This document shows, one piece after another, positions 54,190-62,939 of a DNA stretch of 64,000 nt. Below the pieces are notes generated by a model. It made no database searches. It was not told the origin of the DNA and saw only the letters and a program-made list of their open reading frames with translations. The stretch comes from a virus. Lineage: Duplodnaviria > Caudoviricetes. Within the stretch, counting starts at the first letter, position 1. The number at the start of each line of letters is the position of its first letter. The stretch covers positions 2,968-66,967 of IMG/VR virus record IMGVR_UViG_2799112225_000003. One strand, given 5' to 3'. The position numbers and the translations under genes were made by a program.

Positions 54190-54578
54190 GCTGCACCCCC
54201 TTCCATCGAGGGGTCGTTCGCCGCCGCGGCGCGGCCACGGCCGACAGCCTTGGTGATGCGGAACTCGAACAGGCCCGCGAAGGCAGGGTTCAGCAGCGCG
54301 AACAGGCGCGCCAGGTACGGGGTGTGCCAATCATTGAGCTTCCACGGCCCGCCGCGCTCGGCCAGCGCCGAGTTGTGGCGCAGCACCTCGATGATGGTGC
54401 GGGCGCTGTAGTGCTCGAAGCCCCGGCGCACGATGCGCATGGCCTCGCGCTCGAAGGCGTCGTAGACGTGCAGGTTCTCGGGCAGGTACGCCAGGAACCG
54501 CGGCGTGAACTGGTCGGCGTGCTGCTGGGCCATCAGCAGTGGTCGGGACACTGCGGGGCCGGTGGATGCTGCGCTCAT
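54183..54578 (-). CDS. Hypothetical phage protein (131 aa)
   Basis: HYSARTIIEVLRH...WKLND...YLARLF...LFEFR; coupled. Confidence 0.7.
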   Translation of the reverse strand: MSAASTGPAVSRPLLMAQQHADQFTPRFLAYLPENLHVYDAFEREAMRIVRRGFEHYSARTIIEVLRHNSALAERGGPWKLNDWHTPYLARLFALLNPAFAGLFEFRITKAVGRGRAAAANDPSMEGGAAC

Positions 54579-54892
54579 CAGTGGTGCCCTCCCCGCTGCG
54601 CGAATTCGGGGCCCTCAAAAGGCCCTGTCAGTTTGCGCATCGCGCCGATACGCTCCTCCTCATGCAACAGCTTCTCAGCCGCCATCGCACGCCACGTCTT
54701 GCCGTAGCAGGTCAGGTACACGAAGTCGCGCAGCAGCGTGCTCGCGTCGGTACCGCTCAGGGCGCAGTGCTGCCGGAATACCTTGTCAGTCGCCTCGTCA
54801 ACCTTGGTCTTCAGGTCTTCGGTGAGCTTCCCGAGCGGCCCGGCGATGCCGCGGGCGAACGCCGGCTCTTGATCTTGGTCGATGGTGGACAT
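54578..54892 (-). CDS. CII-position regulator, ribbon-helix-helix-like
   Basis: KLTEDLKTKVDE...ASTLLRDFV; downstream of cro. Confidence 0.6.
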   Translation of the reverse strand: MSTIDQDQEPAFARGIAGPLGKLTEDLKTKVDEATDKVFRQHCALSGTDASTLLRDFVYLTCYGKTWRAMAAEKLLHEEERIGAMRKLTGPFEGPEFAQRGGHH

Positions 54893-54919
54893 CTCGAACT
54901 CGTGGTGGGGGTGAAGTGG

Positions 54920-55108
54920 TCAGCCGATCGGCTGCAGGTCGGCGGCGCGAGCGGCGAAGACATCGCGGAAGACGCGGTGCCGCCAGCAGTCGGGGCCGTC
55001 GGCCGGGAATGGGTTGGCCAGGGGGAGCTCTTCACCGCGCTCGGCGGCGTGCGCAGCCAGGTCGGCGACCTCGGCATGGCTCAGTGACGTGAGGGACTTG
55101 ATGTGCAT
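54920..55108 (-). CDS. Small hypothetical protein
   Basis: TGATG overlap with cro, GGAGG RBS. Confidence 0.6.
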   Translation of the reverse strand: MHIKSLTSLSHAEVADLAAHAAERGEELPLANPFPADGPDCWRHRVFRDVFAARAADLQPIG

Positions 55109-55362
55109 CACGCTGCCTCCCTTGCGGTGGCAGCGATGTCGAGGACCGGGCGGCCCTTGGGGTGCGGCCAGTTCTTGTCAGGCACGCGCAACCACGGCGC
55201 TTCGGGGCGCAGCTGCTCGCAGACATAGCGGCCGTTCGTCGCGCGTTCGATCGTTGGGCAGTGGTGCTCCGGTATCGCCTTCCAGCCGTGCACGGTGGGC
55301 ACAGCGAGGCGAACCATCCGAGCTACGGCCGTTGGGCCGCCGAGGTCTTGAACAGTGATCAT
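55108..55362 (-). CDS. cro: Cro-like repressor (YdaS-like)
   Basis: LGGPTAVARMVRLAVPTVHGW...IERATNGRYVCEQLRP; divergent from cI. Confidence 0.85.
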   Translation of the reverse strand: MITVQDLGGPTAVARMVRLAVPTVHGWKAIPEHHCPTIERATNGRYVCEQLRPEAPWLRVPDKNWPHPKGRPVLDIAATAREAA

Positions 55363-55369
55363 GCCGCGC

Positions 55370-55435
55370 ATTCTAAGGTGCACCTAAGATTCACTGCAAG
55401 GTGTGCCTAATGCTTTTCTTATTAGGATGGCCTAA
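55370..55435. promoter_or_regulatory. OR region: three operators plus divergent PR/PRM-like promoters
   Basis: TAAGG-TGCA-CCTAA (55374), CAAGG-TGTG-CCTAA (55397), TTAGG-ATGG-CCTAA (55422); minus strand TTGCAG-N18-TAGAAT; cI appears leaderless. Confidence 0.8.
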
Positions 55436-56175
55436 TGACCACCCTTCAGCAACGCTTCCGCCTGCTCGCGCGCGAGCGACCTGATATTTCGCAGGCGGAC
55501 CTCGCGCGCGCCACTGGCGCCAAGCCGCCATCTGTGAACGCCTGGTTCAGCGGCGAGACGAAGACCATGAAGGCAGTGACGGCGGCGAAGGCAGCGGAGC
55601 TCTACGGTTGCAACACTCTCTGGCTCTCCGATGGCGTTGGGCCAATGTGGCCGTCGTCGCACGTTGCTGCGTTGCCGCCTGGTCCACCCTCGCCCGCTGC
55701 CAACGCGCCAGTCGAGAGCGAAACTGAGGTCGTGATCGTCCAGTACGAGGTGAGCGGCGGGATGGACACCAGGGGCAAGCTGCTGCTGGAAGCTGAGCCG
55801 CCCGGCATCATCAAGAGCTGGAAGGTGGATCGCGAGTGGCTGCAGCTCAATGTGCGGTCGTACACGAGCCTTCAAAATCTCTGCATCGTGACGGGCTTCG
55901 GCCCATCCATGCGAGGCATGTTCAACCCTGGCGACCCTTTGCTAATGGACCGCGGCGTCAACCGCGTCGACCACGAAGGCGTGTACTTTTTCCGCGTCGG
56001 CGACGAGGGCTACATCAAGATTCTGCAGCGTGTCCCCGAGTTCAACGGGCCCGGCTTCATTCTGCGCGTGATCTCCAAGAACGAAGACTTCCCGCCATAC
56101 GACCTCTCGCCGAAGAACCCGCACCTCCAGATAATTGGCAAGATTCTGACGGTGTGGAAGAGCGAGCAGTACTGA
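55435..56175 (+). CDS. cI: CI repressor (XRE HTH + S24 autopeptidase)
   Basis: ISQADLARATGAKPPSVNAWFSG; GPSM...YIKILQ Ser-Lys dyad. Confidence 0.92.
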   Translation: MTTLQQRFRLLARERPDISQADLARATGAKPPSVNAWFSGETKTMKAVTAAKAAELYGCNTLWLSDGVGPMWPSSHVAALPPGPPSPAANAPVESETEVVIVQYEVSGGMDTRGKLLLEAEPPGIIKSWKVDREWLQLNVRSYTSLQNLCIVTGFGPSMRGMFNPGDPLLMDRGVNRVDHEGVYFFRVGDEGYIKILQRVPEFNGPGFILRVISKNEDFPPYDLSPKNPHLQIIGKILTVWKSEQY

Positions 56176-56200
56176 ACTCGCGACCCGACCAGCCACGTTC

Positions 56201-56227
56201 AAAGCCCGCCGCGTGCGGGCTTTCTTT
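56201..56227 (+). terminator. Terminator after cI
   Basis: AAAGCCCGC-CGCGT-GCGGGCTTTCTTT. Confidence 0.75.
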
Positions 56228-56246
56228 CGCCCATCACGAGCTGACC

Positions 56247-56310
56247 TTAGGCAGCCTTAAAGGAAATATTAGGCACGCCTATTGACGGCAGTATTCGGCA
56301 CACCTAAGAT
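56247..56310 (+). promoter_or_regulatory. OL region: three operators plus PL-like sigma70 promoter
   Basis: TTAGG-CAGC-CTTAA (56247), TTAGG-CACG-CCTAT (56269), TTCGG-CACA-CCTAA (56294); TTGACG-N17-TAAGAT (56282-56310). Confidence 0.85.
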
Positions 56311-56348
56311 TTGCGCCGCGGCCACCGAATGGCACGCGAGGAGCGCAA

Positions 56349-56543
56349 ATGCACAACAACCCCGGGCAAGCAGCCCACCCGAAGCCGGCGAAGGCGCCGG
56401 CCCCCTGCTTCGAGTACTCCGATGAGGAGCTCCAGGCGTTCGACCGCGCGTACGCGCAGGCCAAGCAGACCGGTGCGCTGAACCGCCTCGAAACCGAGGC
56501 CGCCATGCGCATCGATGCCCCCCGCCCCTGGGGGCTGGCATGA
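56349..56543 (+). CDS. Early hypothetical protein
   Basis: GAGGAG RBS, first gene after PL. Confidence 0.65.
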   Translation: MHNNPGQAAHPKPAKAPAPCFEYSDEELQAFDRAYAQAKQTGALNRLETEAAMRIDAPRPWGLA

Positions 56544-56662
56544 AGGCCGCGCTGCACGCACAACTGCTGGAAATCCAGCAGCAAATCGCCGCGCTGCGCC
56601 AGCGCTACGCCGATGCACGCCGCGTGCGCGCCATGGCCTCGTTCCGTTGGTGCGCAGCATGA
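56540..56662 (+). CDS. Early micro-protein (40 aa)
   Basis: ATGA overlaps at both ends; MKAALHAQLLEIQQQIAALR. Confidence 0.5.
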   Translation: MKAALHAQLLEIQQQIAALRQRYADARRVRAMASFRWCAA

Positions 56663-56850
56663 CCGCGCAGCACAAGTCGATAGTGACCGTCGACGGGAAG
56701 CAGTTCACTGTCTGGGGTGGGCCCGCCGGTGTGACCGAGGTCACGACGGCCGCAACCCATACCCGCATGGGCTTCCGCCGCGTGCCGCTCACGAGCAAGA
56801 GCGCCAAAGCCGCCATCGCCAAGGCGCAGGCCACCGGGAGCGCAGCATGA
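56659..56850 (+). CDS. Early hypothetical protein
   Basis: ATGA coupling; MTAQHKSIVTVDGK. Confidence 0.55.
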   Translation: MTAQHKSIVTVDGKQFTVWGGPAGVTEVTTAATHTRMGFRRVPLTSKSAKAAIAKAQATGSAA

Positions 56851-57356
56851 ACACGCGCCTGTTCGATCTGCCGCTTGGCTCGCGCTTCCGCTACGTGGGC
56901 ACCCCAGACCGCACGTACGTGCTTCTGGACCGAGCCGGCCCGGGCCTCGTTGCCGATGCCATGGCCAGCGCAACGCCGAAGACCTTCCAGGGCCTGTACT
57001 CGGCCGCCGAGAGCCGCGAGGAGTTCGAGGCGCTGCGGGTCGAGTTCGTCCCTGTACAGGAGGACCAGGCAGCCGCAAGCGAGCCGGCCAGGGCCTTGCG
57101 TGTCATCGCCAGCTACGGCGACCTCCGCCGTGCCGAGAAGGAATGCGGCGCGGACGAGCAGATCACGAGCAATCTGAGCTTCTTGCTCGTGCTGCGCCGT
57201 GGCGCGGACTCCCGCGACGAGTTCGCGAAGGCAGCCATGCAGGCGCTGCTCGCCCGCCAGTTCACGAAGGACGAGCGTGGACGCCCCTTCGTCGAATGGG
57301 TTGCGGAGCTCGCCTACGAAGTCGCCGACGAGCTGCTGAAGGTGCGGGAATCGTGA
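56847..57356 (+). CDS. Hypothetical phage protein
   Basis: C-terminal RDEFAKAAMQALL...AYEVADELLKVR motif common in phage early genes. Confidence 0.7.
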   Translation: MNTRLFDLPLGSRFRYVGTPDRTYVLLDRAGPGLVADAMASATPKTFQGLYSAAESREEFEALRVEFVPVQEDQAAASEPARALRVIASYGDLRRAEKECGADEQITSNLSFLLVLRRGADSRDEFAKAAMQALLARQFTKDERGRPFVEWVAELAYEVADELLKVRES

Positions 57357-57496
57357 GCACCGGACGCCAACCCAGCGCCCTCCAGGCACTTGTCTGGGCG
57401 ATCACGCTCGCGGCGCGCTTCAACAGCGACGCGCGAGAGCTGCACGCCCGGCGCCGCGAGGCCCGCTCTGCAGCTGCACCGGGAGGCGCGCGATGA
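57353..57496 (+). CDS. Early micro-protein
   Basis: GTGA/ATGA coupling. Confidence 0.45.
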   Translation: MSTGRQPSALQALVWAITLAARFNSDARELHARRREARSAAAPGGAR

Positions 57497-57765
57497 AGCG
57501 CCCCGGTTACTCCTTCCCGCTGGTGACCGCGCCCGCAGACCAGCCCACGCTGGTAGGCACGGTGAACGCCGACGACCACCGGCCCGGCTGCATGCCCCGC
57601 TCGCTCGAGGAGGCCTTCGGCCCCGGCCAGCGTTCGAGCACCACGCGGCTCTACGTCGCAATCCCGCGCCGGCAGCGCATCGGCGAGGCGGTGGCAACCG
57701 CCGTGTCCGTCCTCGCCGGCCTTTTCGTCATCGCCCTCCTCATCTACGAAAGGATCTCATCGTGA
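57493..57765 (+). CDS. Small membrane protein
   Basis: PRSLEEAFGP plus C-terminal TM; GGAGG RBS. Confidence 0.65.
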   Translation: MKRPGYSFPLVTAPADQPTLVGTVNADDHRPGCMPRSLEEAFGPGQRSSTTRLYVAIPRRQRIGEAVATAVSVLAGLFVIALLIYERISS

Positions 57766-58004
57766 GCGTCCGCCTCGTGCATCCGCCGCGCGCCAGCGCT
57801 GTCGACACCTCCGCTGCCGGCCTGCCGGCCGCCGCCAACGACGACCACATGGGCGACCCGGGCCTCTGGTTCCCGTCGACCACGCGCGACTACCTCGTGG
57901 TCAGCGCCATCGTCCTGCTGCTGCTTCTCGCCGCCGTGCTCCTGAGCCTGTACGGCGCCGAGCCGCGCGATTCCTGGTTCGCTCTGTGGGGTATCGCAAA
58001 GTGA
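57762..58004 (+). CDS. Small membrane protein
   Basis: GTG start, TM LVVSAIVLLLLLAAVLLSL. Confidence 0.6.
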   Translation: MSVRLVHPPRASAVDTSAAGLPAAANDDHMGDPGLWFPSTTRDYLVVSAIVLLLLLAAVLLSLYGAEPRDSWFALWGIAK

Positions 58005-58807
58005 CCGCGGCACTCGCCCACGCTGAGCCCGAAGTCCTCGGGCCGAGGACCGCTCCCGCCCAGGCTGCGCCGACGCGCAACGACATAGCGATGGTCTTGC
58101 ACGCCATCACGACCGCCGCCAACGACCCAAACATCGACGTGAACAAGGTCGAGCGTCTGCTCGCCATGCACGAACGCATGCACGAGCGGGCCGCCGAGCA
58201 GAAGTTCAACTCTGCGATGACGAAAGCGCAGGCCGCGATGGGCCCGATCTCGGCCGATGCGGTCAACCCGCAGACGCGCAGCACCTACGCCAGCTACGCA
58301 CAGTTGAATCGCGCGCTGCGCCCGATCTACACGAAGAACGGTTTCGCACTGAGCTTCGACACGGACGACAGCCCGAAGGAGAACCACATCCGCGTGCTGT
58401 GCTATGTGTCGCATGCGGCCGGCCATGTGCGCACCTACAAGTGCGACATGCCGGCCGACGGCAAGGGCGCCAAGGGCGGCGACGTGATGACGAAGACCCA
58501 CGCCCAGGGCTCGGCGATGACCTACGCCCAGCGCTACATGCTGAAGCTGATCTTCAACGTCGCAATCGGCGAGAACGACGACGACGGCAATGGCGCGGGG
58601 CAGGCTCAGGCCGACGCAGCAGCCAACCAGGTGCTCGCGGCGCTGATGGATCGCCTGCTGCGCACGGTCCGTGACGAGCAGGCCTTCGCTCTGTGGCAGG
58701 AAGGATCTCGCGCGCTGGCCGAGACGAAGCGCCACGATCTCTACGCCAAGTTCAAGGATGCCGTCGTCGCGCACCGCAAGAGCCTCCGCGGAGGGCGCCG
58801 CGCATGA
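58001..58807 (+). CDS. ERF-family single-strand annealing protein
   Basis: NPQTRSTYAS...GSAMTYAQRY...GENDDDG. Confidence 0.88.
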   Translation: MTAALAHAEPEVLGPRTAPAQAAPTRNDIAMVLHAITTAANDPNIDVNKVERLLAMHERMHERAAEQKFNSAMTKAQAAMGPISADAVNPQTRSTYASYAQLNRALRPIYTKNGFALSFDTDDSPKENHIRVLCYVSHAAGHVRTYKCDMPADGKGAKGGDVMTKTHAQGSAMTYAQRYMLKLIFNVAIGENDDDGNGAGQAQADAAANQVLAALMDRLLRTVRDEQAFALWQEGSRALAETKRHDLYAKFKDAVVAHRKSLRGGRRA

Positions 58808-59730
58808 TCGTTCTGGACTACCCCCAGGGCAGCGAAGACTGGCTGCGCGCACGCTGCGGCGTGGCCACCGCTTCTCGTTTCACCGAGGCGCGTGAGAAGG
58901 TCGGCGGGCTGAGCGACCAGCAGCGCCTCTATGTCGATGCCTTGATGGCGGGCATGGAGGAGCCCGGCGCCCGCGCGAAAGCTGGCTACAAGCAGAAGCC
59001 GATGGCCGAAGCCATCAACCGGGCGCTCAGGGGTGAACCTGTTGAGCTGCCGGGCGCCGACGCGATCAAGTACGCCTGGCTGATCGCTTTCGAGACGATC
59101 AGCCGCGAGCCGCTGGACGACACGTTCGTCACCTACGCGATGCGCAGGGGCCGCGAGCTGGAGCCGCGCGCGCGCCAGGTCTACGAAACCCGGACTGGCG
59201 CACTGGTCGAGGAGGTCAGCCTGATCCTGACCGACGACGAGCGCTTCGGCTACTCGTCGGACGGGTTCATCGACGACGAGGGCATGGTTGAAATCAAATG
59301 CCCGATGGCGTGCGACAAGCTCGGCAAAGTCTGGGCCAACCCGGAAACCGCGCACTTCGAGTACCTGGACCAGATCAACGGCGGTCTGTGGATCACCGGC
59401 CGGAAATGGTGCGACCTGGTTGTGTACTGCCCCTGGCTGGAGCCCGTGGGCAAAGACCTGTTCGTCAAGCGCATCTACCGCAACGAGGATGCCATCGAAG
59501 CGCTCGAATCCGACCTGATCGGCTTCTGGCAGCTCGTCGAAAGCTACCTTGAGGTGCTGCGCACGCCGACCAAGATGTCCGGCGCGCAGAAGAACGCGCC
59601 TCCCGCGCCACCGCTCGCCACCGCCGCACCGGCTCCCACGCCGACGCCGGCCCCGACCGCTCCCCTGTTCCCCCCCGAGCCCGCCACGCCCGCGCGCGGC
59701 GGTCATGCAGTTGTCGAAAACCCGTTCTGA
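58804..59730 (+). CDS. YqaJ/lambda-exonuclease family protein
   Basis: QGSEDWLRARCGVATAS...RGRELEPRAR...SSDG...VEIKCP. Confidence 0.9.
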   Translation: MIVLDYPQGSEDWLRARCGVATASRFTEAREKVGGLSDQQRLYVDALMAGMEEPGARAKAGYKQKPMAEAINRALRGEPVELPGADAIKYAWLIAFETISREPLDDTFVTYAMRRGRELEPRARQVYETRTGALVEEVSLILTDDERFGYSSDGFIDDEGMVEIKCPMACDKLGKVWANPETAHFEYLDQINGGLWITGRKWCDLVVYCPWLEPVGKDLFVKRIYRNEDAIEALESDLIGFWQLVESYLEVLRTPTKMSGAQKNAPPAPPLATAAPAPTPTPAPTAPLFPPEPATPARGGHAVVENPF

Positions 59731-59738
59731 GAGGCCCC

Positions 59739-60827
59739 ATGTCCGATCTCGCCACCACCTCCGCTGCGGAAGTCAGCACCCAACCCTCGCCCATCGCCCA
59801 GGCGGCACTCGCCGTGTTCTCTCCACTGGAGAAGGACATGGAGACGCTGGCCACGCTGCACCGCAATGTCGTCTTCGACATGAGCACGCCGAAGGGCTTC
59901 AAGGCCGCCAAGGACGCGCGCCTCGAGCTACGCGAATCCGGCCGCTTCGCCATCCAACGCCTGCGCGACAAGACGAAAGACCAGCTCAACGACTGCAAGA
60001 AGGTCATCGACGGCGAGGCCGCCCGCCTGATCGCCATCGTGGAGCCCGTCGAAACGTTCGTGGACGAGCAGATCAAGGTCCACGAGAAGAAGCTCGCCGA
60101 CGAGAAGGCCGAGCGCGACCGCATCGAAGCGGAGCGCAAGCAGAAGCACACCGACGCCATCGCAGTGATCGAAAGCTACGTAGCGAAGGCTGCAGGCCTG
60201 CCCATCGCGCGCATCGAGGCCGGCCTGGAGTATGTGCGCAACATCAACGTGGGCGCCGATGTCTTCGAGGAGTTCTCCGTGCGCGCCGCGGCACAGAAGG
60301 ACGCGACTATCCGGGCCCTGGAAAAGATGGTCTCCGACGCTCGCGAGCGGGCTGCAGCGGAAGCGCAGAGGCTCGAAAACGAGCGCCTGCGGGCGCAACT
60401 GGCCGAGCTGCAGAGCAAGCAGACGCCCGCGCCGGCCGCCACCGTCGCTCCGCAGGAACAGGTGACCGAACCGGAGCCCGCCCCCGCGCGTCCCGCCCCC
60501 AGCACCGTCAGCTACTCCACCAGCCGCGTTACGCGCGCGACGGACCCCGCTCCCGCACCCGCGCCTGTCCGCCAATTCGAGGCCGGCGCCATCGCAGCCA
60601 ACGAATCGACGGGAGCTGGCGCGCCCACCCTGCGCATCGGTGACATCGCCGCGCGCCTGGGCTTCACACTGACTGCCGAGCAACTGCGCAGCCTGGGCAT
60701 CGAACCCGCCGCCCGCGAGCGCGGAGCCACTCTGTACCACGTGCACCAGTTCAAGACCATCTGCGACGCCGTCGTCGCACGCGCTACCCAGGCCAAGGAA
60801 GCGCACGAGCTGCGCCTTGCCGCCTGA
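59739..60827 (+). CDS. Coiled-coil phage protein next to recombination genes (362 aa)
   Basis: KKVIDGEAARLIAIVEPVE...QIKVHE; GAGG RBS. Confidence 0.75.
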   Translation: MSDLATTSAAEVSTQPSPIAQAALAVFSPLEKDMETLATLHRNVVFDMSTPKGFKAAKDARLELRESGRFAIQRLRDKTKDQLNDCKKVIDGEAARLIAIVEPVETFVDEQIKVHEKKLADEKAERDRIEAERKQKHTDAIAVIESYVAKAAGLPIARIEAGLEYVRNINVGADVFEEFSVRAAAQKDATIRALEKMVSDARERAAAEAQRLENERLRAQLAELQSKQTPAPAATVAPQEQVTEPEPAPARPAPSTVSYSTSRVTRATDPAPAPAPVRQFEAGAIAANESTGAGAPTLRIGDIAARLGFTLTAEQLRSLGIEPAARERGATLYHVHQFKTICDAVVARATQAKEAHELRLAA

Positions 60828-60839
60828 TCCGAGATGACT

Positions 60840-61187
60840 TCAGAACTGAACTGCAGGAGTCGAGCGCAACTCCGCAAGCGCATGGGTAAGCTGAGAGTGG
60901 GTCGGAGACTGGACTGTGCGTGCGAAATCTCCAGGTGCGCGCTGATCTGTCGGAGTTATGGCTCGATTCGCATACTCCACCGCCGCGGAGTACATGCCGC
61001 AAAACGCGAGGCCGATGGCATACGCCAGATCGCCCGCCTCCCAAGCGTCGGGCTCGCGCCCCTCAACATCCAGCTCAGCGAGTGCTGCTTGCATGAATGC
61101 CTCGAAGTACTCCTTCCGCCTGGCCGCATCAATCGCCAAGAAGTCGACAGAAGCCGGAATCGTCGCACGGATTTTTGCAATGTTCAT
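60840..61187 (-). CDS. Reverse-strand moron, hypothetical
   Basis: GGAGAG RBS; opposite to early operon. Confidence 0.6.
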   Translation of the reverse strand: MNIAKIRATIPASVDFLAIDAARRKEYFEAFMQAALAELDVEGREPDAWEAGDLAYAIGLAFCGMYSAAVEYANRAITPTDQRAPGDFARTVQSPTHSQLTHALAELRSTPAVQF

Positions 61188-61371
61188 AGCACGCTCTCTC
61201 CATTGAAAGCAGCAGTATGAAGGACCGGCCCATTCTGGCGGGCGCGCCAATGTTGCGCGCGCTACTCGACGGCCCGAAGTACAGGCTCATGCAGAGCAGC
61301 GGGATCGATGAGTTCCTGGCCAGCTGCCGATTCCCAAGTGCCGAGTCCGCCGTAGCCACGAAGGAAGCCCT

Positions 61372-61662
61372 GTGACCTACGACCTGTTCGCCGATCCGGA
61401 ACTTGTCGCCCCGGCTCCACCGCCAGCACCCGCGGCGCAGCCGCGCCACGAGCGAATTGCGTATCCGATGGAGCCCCTCGGCGTGAACCGCTGGAGCTAC
61501 AAGGGCGAGGTCATCGTCTTCGACAACCGGCGCGCCGAGGGCTCGCCGCTGAGACGTTGGCGCACCGTCGAAGGCATTGGCCTGCCGGTGTTGCACAGCG
61601 ACGACAGGGCCGAGGTGTGCCGCGCGATCGACGCGCGCCTCGGTGCGAAGGCCAAACCGTGA
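61372..61662 (+). CDS. Hypothetical protein
   Basis: AAGGAA RBS, GTG start. Confidence 0.6.
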   Translation: MTYDLFADPELVAPAPPPAPAAQPRHERIAYPMEPLGVNRWSYKGEVIVFDNRRAEGSPLRRWRTVEGIGLPVLHSDDRAEVCRAIDARLGAKAKP

Positions 61663-61958
61663 CCTGTCGCGACCGTCTCATTGCGGCGATGCCAGGCAGC
61701 CAGGCGCAGTTGGCTCAGCGCGCGCACTGCAGCATCAAGACCGCGAGCATCGAGCTCGGCGCGCTGGTGCTGGCGCAGTTGCAGGCCCACATTGGCGGCT
61801 GGCACCGGCAGGCGCGCGGCGGCAAGCCCGTCGCGATCTACGTCGCCGGCCCGGGGCCCAACGCGCCGCGGCCGCCCCTCACGCGCGGAGCCCTGTACGC
61901 GAAGCGCTCGCGCGTCCGCAGCACATACGAACCTTCGGGCTGCCGAGTTGCCACATGA
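61659..61958 (+). CDS. Hypothetical protein, possible winged helix
   Basis: GTGA coupling; MPGSQAQLAQRAHCSIKTA. Confidence 0.5.
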   Translation: MTCRDRLIAAMPGSQAQLAQRAHCSIKTASIELGALVLAQLQAHIGGWHRQARGGKPVAIYVAGPGPNAPRPPLTRGALYAKRSRVRSTYEPSGCRVAT

Positions 61959-62149
61959 CGCGCACGTTCAAGGTGAAAGGCGAGGATTCCTTCGGCGTAG
62001 AGCTGGAGCGCACCGGCGACTTGGTGCGGCTTCGCACCCACACGCCGGGTTGGCCATTCCCTTCCGAGCGCACGCTGCCGCGCGACGCGCTGGTGTGGAT
62101 GTGCGGCGACCCCGAGCCCGTCAAGCCGCCGGAGGCCGACGCCGCATGA
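61955..62149 (+). CDS. Hypothetical protein
   Basis: ATGA coupling. Confidence 0.5.
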   Translation: MTRTFKVKGEDSFGVELERTGDLVRLRTHTPGWPFPSERTLPRDALVWMCGDPEPVKPPEADAA

Positions 62150-62151
62150 CT

Positions 62152-62394
62152 TCAATCCTCCTCGAGGTCGAACTCCATCTGCGCTTGCCGAATCACCCGC
62201 GCCACGGCCGGGCTGTGCTGATCACGATCGCGAAGGATCGGCACCGTCCACGTGGGCCCGCCCTCGCCTCCGTCCATCCATCGCACGCCGCCAATGTGCA
62301 CGTCAGTGAGCTCGCCGGCCAAACCCGGCAGCGCTTCAATGCGCTCGGCCAAGATCTTCTGCAGCTGCTTGGCCGTCCGACTTGCCTTGGGCAT
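62152..62394 (-). CDS. Reverse-strand moron (80 aa)
   Basis: Abuts upstream ORF; protein-like composition. Confidence 0.6.
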   Translation of the reverse strand: MPKASRTAKQLQKILAERIEALPGLAGELTDVHIGGVRWMDGGEGGPTWTVPILRDRDQHSPAVARVIRQAQMEFDLEED

Positions 62395-62625
62395 TTAGGC
62401 CGCCCCCTTTTTGGCCAGCGACCACTTCGTGGGTGCACCGACTCGGTCCCGCTCGCGGACGAGGTGAGCTCCGCATTCCGTGCACCGGTACCACTCGAGC
62501 TCGCCGGTTTCCGCGGTTTGCGCACCTTCCCGGAAAACAGCCAACGTTCCGCGCACAAGGCATTCGTGCGGCGGGGCACTCGCCGAGGTCCCTTCAATTT
62601 CCTGGCACTGGGTGCATTCCGCCAC
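62395..62625 (-). CDS. Reverse-strand small Zn-ribbon protein (76 aa)
   Basis: CTQC...H.C...CTEC; GAGGAG RBS. Confidence 0.6.
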   Translation of the reverse strand: MAECTQCQEIEGTSASAPPHECLVRGTLAVFREGAQTAETGELEWYRCTECGAHLVRERDRVGAPTKWSLAKKGAA

Positions 62626-62654
62626 AGCCGTCTCCTCGTATGGATTCCAGCAGT

Positions 62655-62939
62655 ATGAACGCTACCAATTTCGCCCAAGGCTCCCAGGCTCCGACCATCG
62701 ACCCCAACCGCCCCGACATGAGCGACGACGAGATCGACTCGATCTGCCAAGGCCTGACACAGAACGCGGCCAAGGTCCGGCACCTGCGCCGCCTCGGCCT
62801 GCGCGTCGACCGACGGCCCAACGGGCGCCCTCTGGTCGCGCGCATCGAGTGGACCCGGATCTACGGGGCGACGGCCACCGCCGCGCCGCCGGCGGCGAGC
62901 AACGGCCCGCGCTGGAAAACCCCTGCAGGAGCAAATTGA
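62655..62939 (+). CDS. Excisionase-like protein (DUF4224-like)
   Basis: MSDDEIDSIC...KVRHLRRLGLRVDRRPNGRPLVAR; TGATG overlap with integrase. Confidence 0.75.
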   Translation: MNATNFAQGSQAPTIDPNRPDMSDDEIDSICQGLTQNAAKVRHLRRLGLRVDRRPNGRPLVARIEWTRIYGATATAAPPAASNGPRWKTPAGAN

